DNA of 63,858 bases, the filler included, from Octopus bimaculoides (Eukaryota): assembly GCF_001194135.2 (NCBI RefSeq). It is 4 parts of 4 records of this genome, joined end to end, with 100 filler letters (N's around TTAATTAATTAA, not from the genome) between each part and the next. Parts side by side here need not be neighbours in the genome. Positions count along the whole stretch, not along the records: positions 31,494 to 50,538 come from NC_068991.1; positions 50,639 to 60,632 come from NC_068998.1; 2 more parts are not named here. One strand, 5' to 3'. Within the stretch, counting starts at the first letter, position 1. Each line of letters opens with the position of its first letter. The position numbers and the translations under genes were made by a program. The notes under the pieces are model-generated. The model worked only from the letters and a program-made list of their open reading frames with translations. It had not been told where the DNA came from and searched no databases. Positions 40,389 to 54,569 of the stretch are shown one piece after another.

Positions 40389-42309
40389 NNNNNNNNNNNN
40401 NNNNNNNNNNNNNNNNNNNNNNNNNNNNNNNNNNNNNNNNNNNNNNNNNNNNNNNNNNNNNNNNNNNNNNNNNNNNNNNNNNNNNNNNNNNNNNNNNNNN
40501 NNNNNNNNNNNNNNNNNNNNNNNNNNNNNNNNNNNNNNNNNNNNNNNNNNNNNNNNNNNNNNNNNNNNNNNNNNNNNNNNNNNNNNNNNNNNNNNNNNNN
40601 NNNNNNNNNNNNNNNNNAGTAACTGGAGTAACTTGGGGACTTCTGAAAGGAAAGCTTTATATAACCCAGAAAGTATGAAAGAAGGGCTAACTAAGTCTGA
40701 ACGCAAGCATGGATGTTTAGAACAAACTCATGAAAAGGTTAAGGGCTAAAGAGGCTCGGAAACAATCAAAGACAGAATTTCAATTGAAATATTACCAACT
40801 CAACACTGGTTTCTTTGGGCTTGCGGCAATCACAATACCAGTGAGGAAGAGGCGGTATGGTTGATGAATTTATTAATATCATGGAACATAGTAATAATTT
40901 TTTGAGACCCCCTTCGGTCATGACTGACCATGGGATTGCACCTAAAAAGTTACCCTCCCAGGCACAAGTCCGGGCAAGGTTGTTTATGGAAGACCAGCAG
41001 TCGCCCATGCATACCGGCCAGTAATAATTTACTGTTGTTTATTTAACTGACCCCAGAGAAGATAAAAAAAAAATAATAAATGTCAACACCAGTGGCAATT
41101 GAACTCAGAATATAGGAAGGAGAAATTAAACGCTAGGAGGTGTAAAAATAAAAATTCTTACACTGGAACTCTTTCATTTCTGCCAACTGCTTATCCTGGC
41201 TATACACACACACTTACATTTTATATATATATATGTAAAAATAGCTTGGCTACAATACTCTATCGTTATAAAACATTAGTGAACAAAATTAACAAGGAAA
41301 AACCAAAACGAAATTAATTAATATATAAAAGAAAATAACATAACAAACAAAATTCAATTCAAAAGCAAACAAAAAAAAAATAAACAAGTCAAACAATGTT
41401 TAAAGTTGAAAACAAAAAAAATAACCACCGTAATACATCATGCATTGATCATGTGATGCTGTGCATAAAAATGAAGCTGCTTCTGTAGACACTGGGGGAC
41501 CAGGGGAGAAAAGAAATGGGTGCTCCACCCTGTGAAAGGGTTGGGGTTAAGCCCTGATAGGTAAGCTAAATTGAATGAAGGGATGAAGAGATGGTGTTTC
41601 ATCTGGTATAGACTGCTAGTTACCTTCAGATGACATTTTCAGATGTTTAGGTGTAGGTTACCCACTTGTATTACTTGTGAAAGCAATGCAAATCGAGGGA
41701 CATGTAAAAATTATGTGTACTGCTCCACAATTGGATTTGAATCAGGTGTCTCTCAGCTGGTATCAGTCTTGGACTCTGTTCGCTTCTCTGTTTTTTTTTG
41801 CCTCCATTTTTGAATGATTGGACAAATAAGTAAACTGAGGATATGCCAGTACAAAAGACCGTTATCATCATCACCATCATTAAAAAAGGTTTTATCATTT
41901 CCATTGTTCTTCCTGTTTAACCTTAGGTTAGCTCTGATCAAACAAACCCCTGATCAGCCCATCTTTTGTTTAGGGTGGTGGTGGTGCCATGTTGACAGCA
42001 GCGGTGGTGAAGGTACAAGCTGTTAGCTAAGACATTAAATGTGAAGGAGATTTGACAGGGAGATTTTCAATAGTTATTCCCAGCAGGTCGGGTACTGACA
42101 TAGAGCTTTGTATGCCAGTTGTCTTATACTACCATATAGCCATGGGTTGGATAGGATTACCAAACTGCAGACAGACTCTTCCCAGCCTTTCATTACATGC
42201 CATTGCCCGGAGACCAGGACTCACCACCTTTTCATCTCCATCTCAATGCAACAATTATTTTCAAGGGTCTCATCTACATGTTATAACTGTTATAGCATAT
42301 GTTGTAATG

Positions 42310-42690
42310 TGGAGGCGCAATCCCAGTGGTTAGGGCTGTGAACTCGCAGTCATAAGATCGTGGTTTCGATTCCCAGACCGGGCGTTGTGAGTGTTTATTG
42401 AGCGAAAACACCTAAAAGCTCCACGAGGCTCCGGCATGGGATGGTGGCGAACCCTGCTGTACTCTTTCACAACAACTTTCTCTCACTCTTACTTCCTGTT
42501 TCTGTTGTGCCTGTAATTCAAAGAGTCAGCCTTGTCACACTGTGTCATGTTGAATATCCCCGAGAACTACGTTAAGGGTACACGTGTCTGTGGAGTGGTC
42601 AGCCACTTGCACATTAATTTCACGAGCAGGCTGTTCCATTGATCGGATCAACTGGAACCCTCAACGTCGTAAACGACGGAGTGCCAAAAG
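42310..42690 (+). mobile_element. SINE family C copy
   Basis: Homologous to 35131-35520. Confidence 0.85.
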
Positions 42691-42966
42691 CATATGCTGC
42701 TATCGATGACGATGATGATTATTAGCCCCAGGTTAGCCCTAACGAAGTTGATGTACATTCAAATATAGTCCAACCATAACCGTCTCACCTTTTTTCCCCA
42801 GATGCAATGTATCTGTTTTAGTCACTGTCGATGTTCTTGTTTAGCCTCCAAGATTGATCAATACAGGAGTGTTGGCATGCCGGAAACTAGGGATGTGCAG
42901 AATTGCACAGTGAACAATTTGGTGATTGGACAAGGCAAAAATATAGTGAAGATACATTATATTTAA

Positions 42967-43186
42967 CCCTTTAGCATTTCAACTGGTTATATCCAGCTCA
43001 GATATTTTATTTGTTTTGCTTTTAAATTGGCCAGATTCGACCTCTCACGCCTACCCTACAATGTCATTCTAAAAATAACCAATCGCATCATCAAAAGCTC
43101 AGAGCTATGAGATAACAAATGGTTAATTCAAAACAACATGAATAAATAAGCATTACGTTTGACAGAATGATTTGGATGCTAAAGGG
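42967..43186. mobile_element. piggyBac-like MITE
   Basis: TTAA|CCCTTTAGCAT...ATGCTAAAGGG|TTAG termini; related copies at 47761-48404 and 48414-48644. Confidence 0.7.
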
Positions 43187-43969
43187 TTAGGGAAAGAGAC
43201 AGCCGGTCTGACTATGGCACAGGCTGGCCAAAACCCATGCAGGGCCACTGGGATCAGCTCTAAACAAGCAAACCTAAGGAGAATGGCATTACAACCATGA
43301 CCATCCCAACTTTTCAGATGCAGTGCGCCTAGCACTTCATTATCCATTATGAAGGATGTAATTTGTCTGTTTACTAAAGTAAGTTAACTAATCACACAAG
43401 AAAATTGGTGTTAAATTCTGACCAAGCAGACTTATGATCAAAGGTAAAAGACCATCATCTGACCTTTTATTCTGGCATAGTGTAGCTTGAACTACACTAT
43501 CCAGTGTATCCCTCCATTTGAAAGAAAAGTGTGATTTGAGGAAGATTTAACCACTATTTCTGCTGATCGAGCTGTCCCTCCTCCTTATTGGCAGGGTTAC
43601 CTCGACATTAGGGTCGTAGAGTTGAGTATCAAAACTGACCATTGCAACAAACAAAATGGTAACACAAGTGTTGGTGGTGGGATAGCCAATGGTGGTGATG
43701 GTTCCTCCCATGTCAGCTCCTTCAATAGAATGCATTCCATATGTGACCATCCAGTCTCTTTTTGTACATCTAAGATTACACAATCCAGTGTATCCTGTCC
43801 TTTTCTAAGACAGCCAGTGTACTAGAGCAGGGAATTTGGTTGCCATTTCTAGCAGCTCAAGCGACTACATAAAATTTCTCCTGTCAGCTCAAGTGGTGGT
43901 GGAGGAGGTTATGAATGGAGAAGATCACAGAGATTTGAAACTGAGCTAAGTATGATGGTTGTAATAATG

Positions 43970-44440
43970 GTGTCTAATAGTAGTAGTAGTAGTAGTAGTA
44001 GTAGTGATAGTGCTGGCAGTAGTTGTGGTGGTGGTGAAGTTGGCGAACTCATGTAGTGTGGTGTGTTTCATGTCTTTTGGTGAGGCATTCCTGTCATCTT
44101 GGTTAATATCTTGTAGCAGTAGTAGTAGTAATAGTGGTAGTAGTAGTAGCAGCAGCAGTAGTTTAGGTCCATATTATTTATTGAGGCATTCATGTAACCT
44201 GGTCTAACAACTTTGGGCAGGAGTAGTAATAGTAGTAGTAGTAGTAATCAAGATGGTGGGGGAGCAGTTACAGGTTCACACCAATTATTTTTAGGGGTGG
44301 AGCAAAGCATTTATGTAATTACAAAAGTAGTAGTGGTAGCAGCAGCAGCAGTAGCAAGTATTGTGGTGGTAGTGGTGGCAGCAGTGATGGTGGTAGTGGT
44401 AGTGGTGGTGGTGGTGGTGGTGGTGGTGGTGGTGGTGTGG
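43970..44440. repeat. GTA/GTG/GCA trinucleotide mosaic
   Basis: Direct reading. Confidence 0.85.
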
Positions 44441-44903
44441 ATTCATGCTGTTAGCTGAGACATTCATGTAATCTCGGCTAGTAACTTGAGGCTATCTTAT
44501 CCACTCGGAATTACTAACTGAGATTACACAAAGATCAAAANNNNNNNNNNNNNNNNNNNNNNNNNNNNNNNNNNNNNNNNNNNNNNNNNNNNNNNNNNNN
44601 NNNNNNNNNNNNNNNNNNNNNNNNNNNNNNNNNNNNNNNNNNNNNNNNNNNNNNNNNNNNNNNNNNNNNNNNNNNNNNNNNNNNNNNNNNNNNNNNNNNN
44701 NNNNNNNNNNNNNNNNNNNNNNNNNNNNNNNNNNNNNNNNNNNNNNNNNNNNNNNNNNNNNNNNNNNNNNNNNNNNNNNNNNNNNNNNNNNNNNNNNNNN
44801 NNNNNNNNNNNNNNNNNNNNNNNNNNNNNNNNNNNNNNNNNNNNNNNNNNNNNNNNNNNNNNNNNNNNNNNNNNNNNNNNNNNNNNNNNNNNNNNNNNNN
44901 NNN

Positions 44904-44961
<58 letters not shown>

Positions 44962-45163
44962 TGGGGGTAGTGGTGAGATGATGAATTGGAGGAGTGGGTG
45001 GAGACAAAAATGAAATTCTGATATCTATTATTTTACATAGAATAATTAATGTATGTTAATTACCTACCAAATTAGACAATGGAAGTGTTCAAGAGAAGTA
45101 ATTGTGCTGTGATTAGAGCAAAAGACGGCTTTAATCTAGCCAACCTCATGCACCCCCTCCATG

Positions 45164-45205
<42 letters not shown>

Positions 45206-45989
45206 CGTCATCATTTAATGTTCACTTTTCCATGCCAACATGAACGAGACAGAATTTGTTAACGCAGATTTTCTACAGCTGGATGCCCTTCTTGTCACCA
45301 ACCTTCATTAGATTTCAAGTCAGGTAATATTTCTCTATGACTAGACATAATTTTCATGGAAGATTGGAAACAAACACCTCTTGTATGATGGTGATGCTTA
45401 TTTACAACTATCACATGATGTCAAGGGTATACACACACAGACACGGTGGGATTCTTTCAATTTCCATTAACAAATCTACTGAAAAGGCTTTGGTGAGCCT
45501 AAGGTTAAAGCAAAACGCACTTGTGCAAGGTTAAATCAAACCAGATAAATGATATTAGGAATTATAAGCACTGCTTTGAGCCAGTGAAGAACAGCAGGGC
45601 TTCTATATGAGCTACAGACTGTAATTATTGTTTACCAGGTAAGGTTTCATATGTATGTCATTCTACTTAACATAACCACCTAGTTGTTGGGTGTCTTCTT
45701 TTGTGGCATTCCCTTCATTGCAAGCATTCAGACAGTACCTTTGGTTCCCCTTTCATCCAAAATGATCCAACACTTAGTTAGATCTGACAAGTTTAGGACA
45801 CTACTCGAGGTCATTAACCCTGTTCTTTCTCCATTGACTGATATTTATAAAATCTCATCCAAGCACACTATTCCACATCATTCAGGATGGGTATCAATTA
45901 CATTCAACTTCATCAAGATCAACTTTGTCTTTCTCTTTTTCACTGGACACACCATTTATCACATTTCCCCTCAATACACAATCAAACCA

Positions 45990-46330
45990 ATTTCTACCCA
46001 ATAGTTCTATCCATCCCTCACTCTACAACCATATGCAACTTTAAACCACCCTTTCTCTAATTCTAGTTTCCACATTCTCTTCAATTCATCTTCTTGGACA
46101 AGTTGTCCTTCAGAGTACATCCCAGCACTTTGTCACCATTATTATATTAACCTTTCTTTCAGGCACAACTCCAACCATATAAAACGTAAGGCAGCCATGA
46201 CTATCACCCACAAAAATAAACCAGTTCTTCCTCCTCCCGTCATACTCCAGCTACTTAATACCTTGATTAAGTCAAGCACTCCGTTTCCCATACGCCCCTT
46301 CGGTCTTTGGGGTTCTTTGACTTGCAAATT
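45990..46330 (-). mobile_element. Possible L1/Tx1-like LINE 3' remnant
   Basis: Minus peptides LFLWVIVMAALRFIW..., LKDNLSKKM.., GWFKVAYGCRV loosely resemble Tx1 C-termini; weak. Confidence 0.3.
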
Positions 46331-47020
46331 ACAAAGCAACCTTACTAGGGGTTGTGTCATGTAAAAAAAAACAAAAAAAAAAAAACACTCAGTACACTAT
46401 ATAAAGTAGTTAGCATCAGGAAGAGGGCATTTAGATATAGAAATCATGCCGAAACTGAAACAGTGGAGCAGAACATGGTCATCTGACCGGGTGGATCCTG
46501 TCAAAACGTCCATCTCATACCTGCCTGGGATGATACCACGTGAAAATCACCCAGTTCACTCTGCAGGGTGGTTGGTGTAAGAAATGGCATTCAGCTGTAA
46601 AAAAAAAAAACATGCCAAAACAGGCACAGAAGTCTGGTGCAGTCTTCTGCTTGGCTAGCTTTTGTCGAACAGTCTAAACCATGTCAGCACAGAAGGTGGA
46701 CATTAAACAATGATGATGATACCAGCATGGGAAAAAAAAACGGACTTTAAAATGATGATGATGATGAAGATGTTGTGTTTATATACATACATACATACAT
46801 ACATATATATATATATATGTATGTATATATTTATGGTAGGATATCTGTCATGTTTATGGATGTGGGTTTACAGATGTGTCCCATAAGCAGCCATTTACAT
46901 TTCCCATCCAATATATAAATGCTATTGTTTATAGATTTATCTGTTTTGAGTTTTACTATTCCAAAAACCAATTTCTGCTTCCCATTCTCTGAAAATTTCT
47001 AAATTCTCTACATGTCAATA

Positions 47021-47079
<59 letters not shown>

Positions 47080-47512
47080 NNNNNNNNNNGTGGCTGAACA
47101 CAAAACTAAAAAAAAAACCAATTAAAAATAAAATAAAAATGCAAACATAAATGAAAATAACCAAGTAAAAAACAAAATTAAAATTAAAAAATTAAAAAAA
47201 AAAACAATGTAAAAAAAAAGAACATTCAACAAATAAAACTGAACAAAAAAACAACCAAATCTGTGATTTGAGGATACTGATGAACGTTGAGATGTTTTGG
47301 CAAGGTGATAGTTCAACCACAGCGAGTAACGGTGAGAGATTGAACCACTCATATATTACCAGCTGAGATTACACAAGCACCTGTCAATCAATGAGTGGTT
47401 TGGTCACAACATCTAGTTATTAAATTAGGTAAATATCCAATGTACACACACAACCATATATAAGTATAAAGTATATATAATAATTATGTGTGCGTTTGTA
47501 AGAATGCATATA

Positions 47513-47577
<65 letters not shown>

Positions 47578-47760
47578 GCACACATACATGCAAAAAATAG
47601 ACACAGGGGGAGGTAAGTAGTCAGATATGAATAGATAGGTGAACTGAAAGAGAGAGACTGATAGACATTGATAGAGTGATAGATAAATTAGATAAACAAA
47701 TAGACAGACAGAAAGACAAACAGACACCCAAATTTTCAGTGCATGTATTGATATGAAGTT

Positions 47761-48009
47761 TTGACCCTTTAGCATTCAGATAACCATGACAAATGTAGTG
47801 CTTATTTACTCTTTTACTTGTTTCAGTCATTTGACTGCGGCCATGCTGGAGCACCGCCTTTATAGTTGACCAAATCGACCCCAGAGCTTATTCTTTGTAA
47901 GCCTAGTACTTATTCTATCGGTCTCTTTCGCCGAACCACTAAGTTACGGGGGACGCAAACACACCAGCATCGGTTGTCAAGCGATGCTGGGGAGGACAAA
48001 CAAACATAT

Positions 48010-48057
<48 letters not shown>

Positions 48058-48644
48058 GACGGGCTTCTTTCAGTTTCCGTCTACCAAATCCACTCACAAG
48101 GCTTTGGTCAGCCCGAGGCTATAGTAGAAGACACTCGCCCAAGGTGCCACGCAGTGAGACTGAACTCAGGACCATGTGCTTGGTAAGCAAGCTACTTACC
48201 ACACATCCACACCTGCGCCTATTTACTCATGTCATTTGGAATTAATTATGCATTGCCTCATAACTTTGAGATTCCAGTGATATGGTTGTTCAGTTTTAGA
48301 ATGACATTGTCGGGAAGGTGTGAGAGGCCAAATATGGCTGTTCGAATATAAAACAGGTACAATGCTTGGACTGGATATGACTAGTTTAAATGCTCAAGGA
48401 TTAAGAGATATTGTTAACCCTCTAGCATTCAGACGACACGGTCAAATTTAACGCTTATTTAATCACATTGTTTTGAATTAATCACACATTATCTTGTGGC
48501 ATCGAGATTTCAACGATATGTGATCATTTTGAATTTTATAATGACATTGTAGGGTATGTGTAAGATGCTGGATCTGGCTTGTTTGAACATAAAACAGGTA
48601 GAATGATTGGGTCTGATATTACCAGTGTAAGTGCTAAAGTTTTA
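47761..48644. mobile_element. Two tandem piggyBac-like MITEs, the first interrupted by a SINE
   Basis: CCCTTTAGCATTCAG start at ~47765, resumes 48220-48404 (ATGCTCAAGGA|TTAA); second copy TTAA|CCCTCTAGCAT 48414 to ~48644. Confidence 0.7.
47812..48219 (-). mobile_element. SINE family A, full length with 9-bp TSD
   Basis: TATTTACTC at 47803-47811 and 48220-48228 flanks the element. Confidence 0.92.
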
Positions 48645-49149
48645 GAGGGAGTGTGTACGTATATATACACATAAAACACACACATGCAGACACAAAATAT
48701 GCATACTAATTATGATAATTACAATGTCTCTAAAAATGCATACACATAGGCAATATACCACTATATACAGCCTTTTTATACAAAGTAGTGGTAAGATGTA
48801 TATATGCACATGTAACTTTGTATGTATGTATGTATATGCATGCAAGTTATGTTTGCATAAATATATAATTTTTCATTATATAATATTAATGGGATTTTCT
48901 TAGATTATTTTCTTGGTGTCCATGCCAATTCTAATGCATACATCATCTAGAACAATCTGAATTTAGTTCCAGTAGAGATACTGATGAAACTAGAGGAGAC
49001 GGAGAGGCTGCTGTTGTATTTCCAGCTCCCAAAATAAAACACAAACAGACACACACACATATCCACATCCTGACTACATCTCAATGGCAAGACACAAGTA
49101 AATATACATGTTTGTATATATCTGTATGAGTGTGTGTGCATGTGAATGA

Positions 49150-49191
<42 letters not shown>

Positions 49192-49218
49192 ATACACACA
49201 CAAGCATTTAAATATATA

Positions 49219-49781
49219 TACTCTTTACTTGTTTCAGTCATTTGACTGCGGCCATGCTGTAGCACCGCCTTTAGTCGAGCAAATCGACCCCGTGACTTAT
49301 TCTTTGGATGCCTAGTACTTATTCTATCGGTCTCTTTTGCCGAACCGCTANNNNNNNNNNNNNNNNNNNNNNNNNNNNNNNNNNNNNNNNNNNNNNNNNN
49401 NNNNNNNNNNNNNNNNNNNNNNNNNNNNNNNNNNNNNNNNNNNNNNNNNNNNNNNNNNNNNNNNNNNNNNNNNNNNNNNNNNNNNNNNNNNNNNNNNNNN
49501 NNNNGCTAAGTTACGGGGACGTAAACACACCACCATCGGTTGTCAAGCGATGTTGGGGGGGACAAACACACACACACAAACATATACACACACATACATA
49601 TATATATATACATATATACGACGGGCTTCTTTCAGTTTTCGTCTACCAAATCCACTCACAAGGCTTTGGTCGGCCCGAGGCTATAGTAGAAGACACTTGC
49701 ACAAGGTGCCACGCAGTGGGACGGAACCCAGAACCATGTGGTTGGTAATCAAGCTACTTACCACACAGTCACTCCTGCGCC
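49219..49781 (-). mobile_element. SINE family A copy (spans a gap)
   Basis: Tail, body and head all present; N run 49351-49504. Confidence 0.88.
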
Positions 49782-50147
49782 TATTCACACATCTGAAAAG
49801 AAATATTAGGAAGTGCTTTGGTGGTCCCCATGCCTAAGCCATCATACACACACACGCAGTTTGCCTCCTCCAAAAATAAATACATAGAATATTAATTTAG
49901 CTGATAAAAATGGATAGAAACGATAATGATGAGGTTGGTGATAGTAACAATAATGAATATCATCATTGTCATCAACATGACGACAACGACGATGATGATG
50001 ATGATGATGATGACTAGTAATAATGATGATGTTGATGTATATGTTTTGCAAAAGATTTTGCTTTTTTCTTCCTTTAAAACGATCTGAAATGAAGATAATC
50101 AATATCAATTATGATTTAGAAATAGCTGATAATTAACGTGTGTGCAT

Positions 50148-50185
<38 letters not shown>

Positions 50186-50486
50186 CAGACACACACACAC
50201 GTCAATTGTGTGTGTGTATACATATAGCTATATATACAGATGCATATGTGCAGTCATGCATAATGCATAAATGCACATGCACACTATCAGATATATACAT
50301 TCTCATATAATACACTTATGCATGCAATATATGCATGTAAATTCATTATACAAGTGTACACACACATCTATATATATTCATACATATGTATATCTATGTA
50401 TATATAAATATGCATACACACACACATATATATATTTGCATACATATACATTTTTATATATGCACATATATATATATATATATATA

Positions 50487-50538
<52 letters not shown>

Positions 50539-50638
50539 NNNNNNNNNNNNNNNNNNNNNNNNNNNNNNNNNNNNNNNNNNNNTTAATTAATTAANNNNNN
50601 NNNNNNNNNNNNNNNNNNNNNNNNNNNNNNNNNNNNNN
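50539..50638. other. Synthetic scaffold-join linker 44N-TTAATTAATTAA-44N
   Basis: Same structure as 31394-31493. Confidence 0.92.
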
Positions 50639-50803
50639 GTTTTTCTGGTCATTGTTTCTGTTTTCCGGTTTTTGTTTTTAGTTGTTTTTTTTTAACTTAT
50701 GTTCCTCTAATTTCTGGGCGAGGTGGTTGTTAAGGTTTAAGGTATTGTTGGTAATTTTTTTATGGACAGGGGAGAATTATATCAAAATATATATGCATAT
50801 ATC

Positions 50804-50835
<32 letters not shown>

Positions 50836-51105
50836 CGTATGCATATATATATATGTATGTATGTATACATACATATACATATATATATACATATATATGT
50901 ACACACATATATCCATACACACAAATTCATGTACACATGTTTATATGTAAATATATATCTGTTTTATGTATATATAAATGTATATATATATATATGTGTA
51001 TATATGTGTGTATGCGTGTGTATTCACACACATACGCATACATACATATATACATATAGATATCTATGCATATGCATGTGTATATATATGTGTGTGTGTG
51101 TGTGT

Positions 51106-51149
<44 letters not shown>

Positions 51150-52107
51150 ACGCACACATGAATGCAATACTTCGTTGTAGAGTCGATGTATTCCTTGGTG
51201 AACGTAGATCTAGGTATGTAAATATTCGTGTATCCGTGTATATCCGACCCTCTCTATCCTATGTATGTATATATTTATGTGTGTGTATGTACCCGTGTCT
51301 GTGTGTGTGTGTATGAGAGAGAGGGAGAGAGAGAGAAAGGGAGAGAGAAAGGGAGAGAGAAAGGGAGAGAGAAAGGGAGAGAGAAAGTGTGTCCGTTCTC
51401 GAATGGTGAACATGCGCACACGTTACATTTAAGCACATGCATGCGTGTTTTAGTAATGTACGGACACGATTCGACACTTGAAAGATGAAAGCAAACTTAT
51501 AATTCAAATTAGAATAAATAAAACAAATATTGACTTAGCCATTGTTTAGTGAATTGGCAGAACCGGGAAAGCTTCTGATAAACTTTCCTTTTCGGTATCT
51601 GTTTCGACTCTTTACATACCGAGTTCGAAACCCGGTAGAGTCACATTTGTTTCTTATTCTTTCGGAGGTTCGATGAGATAAAACATCAATCAAATAAACT
51701 GGGATTGATGCAATCGATTCGCTCCAAAATTTTCTGGTTTGAAATTAAATTAGCAACTATAATTTAAAGGCAGCATTCTGACAGAATCATGAATCGTTAG
51801 GTTACCGAGGGCTAAATGTTACGTTTATTTTCTATGTATTCGAGGTCGATAAAATAAAGTACCATTTAATCACTGGAGTTGATGTACCAAAATTAGAAGC
51901 GCTACAGCGACCGAAATGTATTCAAATTGAAATCAGCGAAACGGGGGATTAAAAATAACGAAGTACTCTTTTGATAGGTTACCGGATAAGACGTATCTGC
52001 ACCAGCGATGCACTTCAACTGTTTGTACAGCATCTCATCCGCGCTGCACCGGTATCGGTTGAGCCGAAACGATCGTAGTGAATAACACAGAGGCTCAAGA
52101 ATTCCAT

Positions 52108-52143
<36 letters not shown>

Positions 52144-53335
52144 AATGTCCACGTTAGTGGTCAACGTTATATATAAATATATATATATATATATATANNN
52201 NNNNNNNNNNNNNNNNNNNNNNNNNNNNNNTATATATAGACATACCTATATATACACACATATATATGTTAATGAACACACAGGCATATATATATATATA
52301 CGCACTACACACTCACATATAAACATACACACATACATACACTTTCTTCCTTGACGTAATCATCTTATCATAGAATCGCACCCACTTTAAAGAAAAGACA
52401 GCGTTACATTACAAATATTTATTTGTATAAATTATGATAATGATCTTAACGTGCATTGTCATCGCTGAGATAGCGGCATTGTAGTGTCGATAATGAAACC
52501 TCTTTGAACGACTAAATTTTTAATTACTCATCGATGACCATGCTGCTCCCCCCGTCCCACTCTCTCTCTCGCTCTCTCTCTGCGTGTGTGCATGTATGTG
52601 TGTGTTTATTTTTAAAGATTTCAATTTCGTAATTAAAAGGTGGTGATTTGGCAAAGTCACTAGAATGTTTAGAATATCTGTTATCTGGATATTTGTTACG
52701 GGTCCCTGCTTTCTGTGATCAAATCCCGCTGTGGCCACATTTTTTGTATTTATTTATTATTTTTTTTATCTTTCATTTGTTTCAATTAAGGGATTAATGG
52801 TCATTCTGGAGCACCTTTCTGAAAGTTTAGTTGAACAAATCGCTGCTTTTTTAATTTTTAATTCTTGGCACTGATTTTTTTCGGGCTGTGAAGTGGTGGC
52901 AGGAGACAAACACAAACACAGGTATACATACACTCACGCACATGCACTCTTATGTGTATATATTCATACTTATGTATATATATACATACATGCATGTACA
53001 TATATGTATACACACACACAGACACATTGAAGAAGCCAATAGGTGAAGCTTGAAGTGAAGGTCAGCCTTGATCTTAATTTCAGGGTGGGTGAAAAGTAAG
53101 TAGGGATTCAAAATTGGTAATAAAATCGATATTCCTTTTACAAATCTGTTGAAACAAATGGTATATGTTCTTTATTACACGGGAAAATGAAAGTAAAGTT
53201 TCATATTTCAACGTAAGCACCGGTGGCGTCAACCAGTTTCCTCAAACATGAAATACCACTAAGCATTTCACCTGGCGTGCTAACGTTTCTGCCAGCTCGC
53301 AGATAATGATAATAATAATAATAACAATAATAATG

Positions 53336-53378
<43 letters not shown>

Positions 53379-54569
53379 CGGTGATGATGATGATAATAAG
53401 TACTGGTGACGATTTCTCCAACTAAATCCTTCGAGCCGGTGCTCCAGCATGGCCGCAATCCAATGACTGAAACAAGTAAAAAATAAATGAAAAAATAAAA
53501 CACACATAATAACATATACAACACTGCAAAAGATTTCACATAAGATTTTTTTTTTAATATAATTTATAAATTTACAAACAATTAATTTATTCTAGAACGT
53601 TTGTGTATTCTAAGAAACGTTAAATCTTTAAATAATTGAATATTTAGAATGAAAATTTAAATCCAATAAAAATGACATACGCCATTAGGAAAATCAATGT
53701 AATGGCGTTGTATCTAGACATATGCAACGCTGTCTTCGTATTTCATAAATGAATTCAGTTCTCTTTTTATTGACGTTATCGACTGACCCCTCCACTTAAA
53801 ATTGCTGGCGTCACATATAATATATTACATTCTCCAGGTGTAAACGTAAACGGTTAAGTGTAATTCAAGTAAAATTTCGGCTATTATTTTTAGTACGGAG
53901 AGCGACTACATAGAGAAGTGACTCCCAAAGTGGACGATAGCGCCCCCCCCCCTCCCCCCACCTGGAGACGGTGATAGATTTAAGCAGGGGTAGGCGGCGT
54001 TGAAGAAAAATGGGATGAGGTGGAAAAAAGGGGAAGCTTATTGGCAATGCCCACCTACTAGCTTTTCTCAGGTTTAGAAAATAGGGCTTAAAAACCGAGG
54101 TTGGTTCTACTGCCTCGCTGGGAAGTTCTAAATGTGTGTGTGCGTGTGTCTATGTGAACATGTGTATTTGTGCATGCGCGTATGTACGTGTGTAGTGCAT
54201 GTGTGTGTATGTGTGTGCATATATGTGCATATATGTGCGCATATATGCCTGGCGCGTGGTAAGTTATGGTTGAGGACGTTTGCTGTTGGTTTATGGCAAA
54301 ACTCATCGCCGAATTATATTGGATGGTCATGTAGTTATGAACGGTTTCTGAGCCAATGGACAAGCATTAATAATAATAACATTGCTGTTGTTGCTGGTAG
54401 TGGGGGGGGGCGTTGCGTCTCCCAGGTGAGCCGCAGTATGTAGAAAAAGATGAGGGGGGGGGAAGAAAAGAGCTGATACAGAGACCATGTACACCAACGG
54501 CGCAGCTCCACCGATTAATCCGGGAAACGAGGATGACGCAGTTGGGGCGAGAAGGAGCAGAAGGGGAAG

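Noticed and set aside
40619-40700. Minus-strand acceptor-like CTTTCCTTTCAG followed by 24 nt running into a gap
   Set aside because: Too short to evaluate as an exon.
43535-43825. Stop-free frame of ~96 codons (..PPPYWQGYLDIRVVELSIKTDHC..)
   Set aside because: No recognisable homology, starts in repeat-like sequence, no supporting splice structure.
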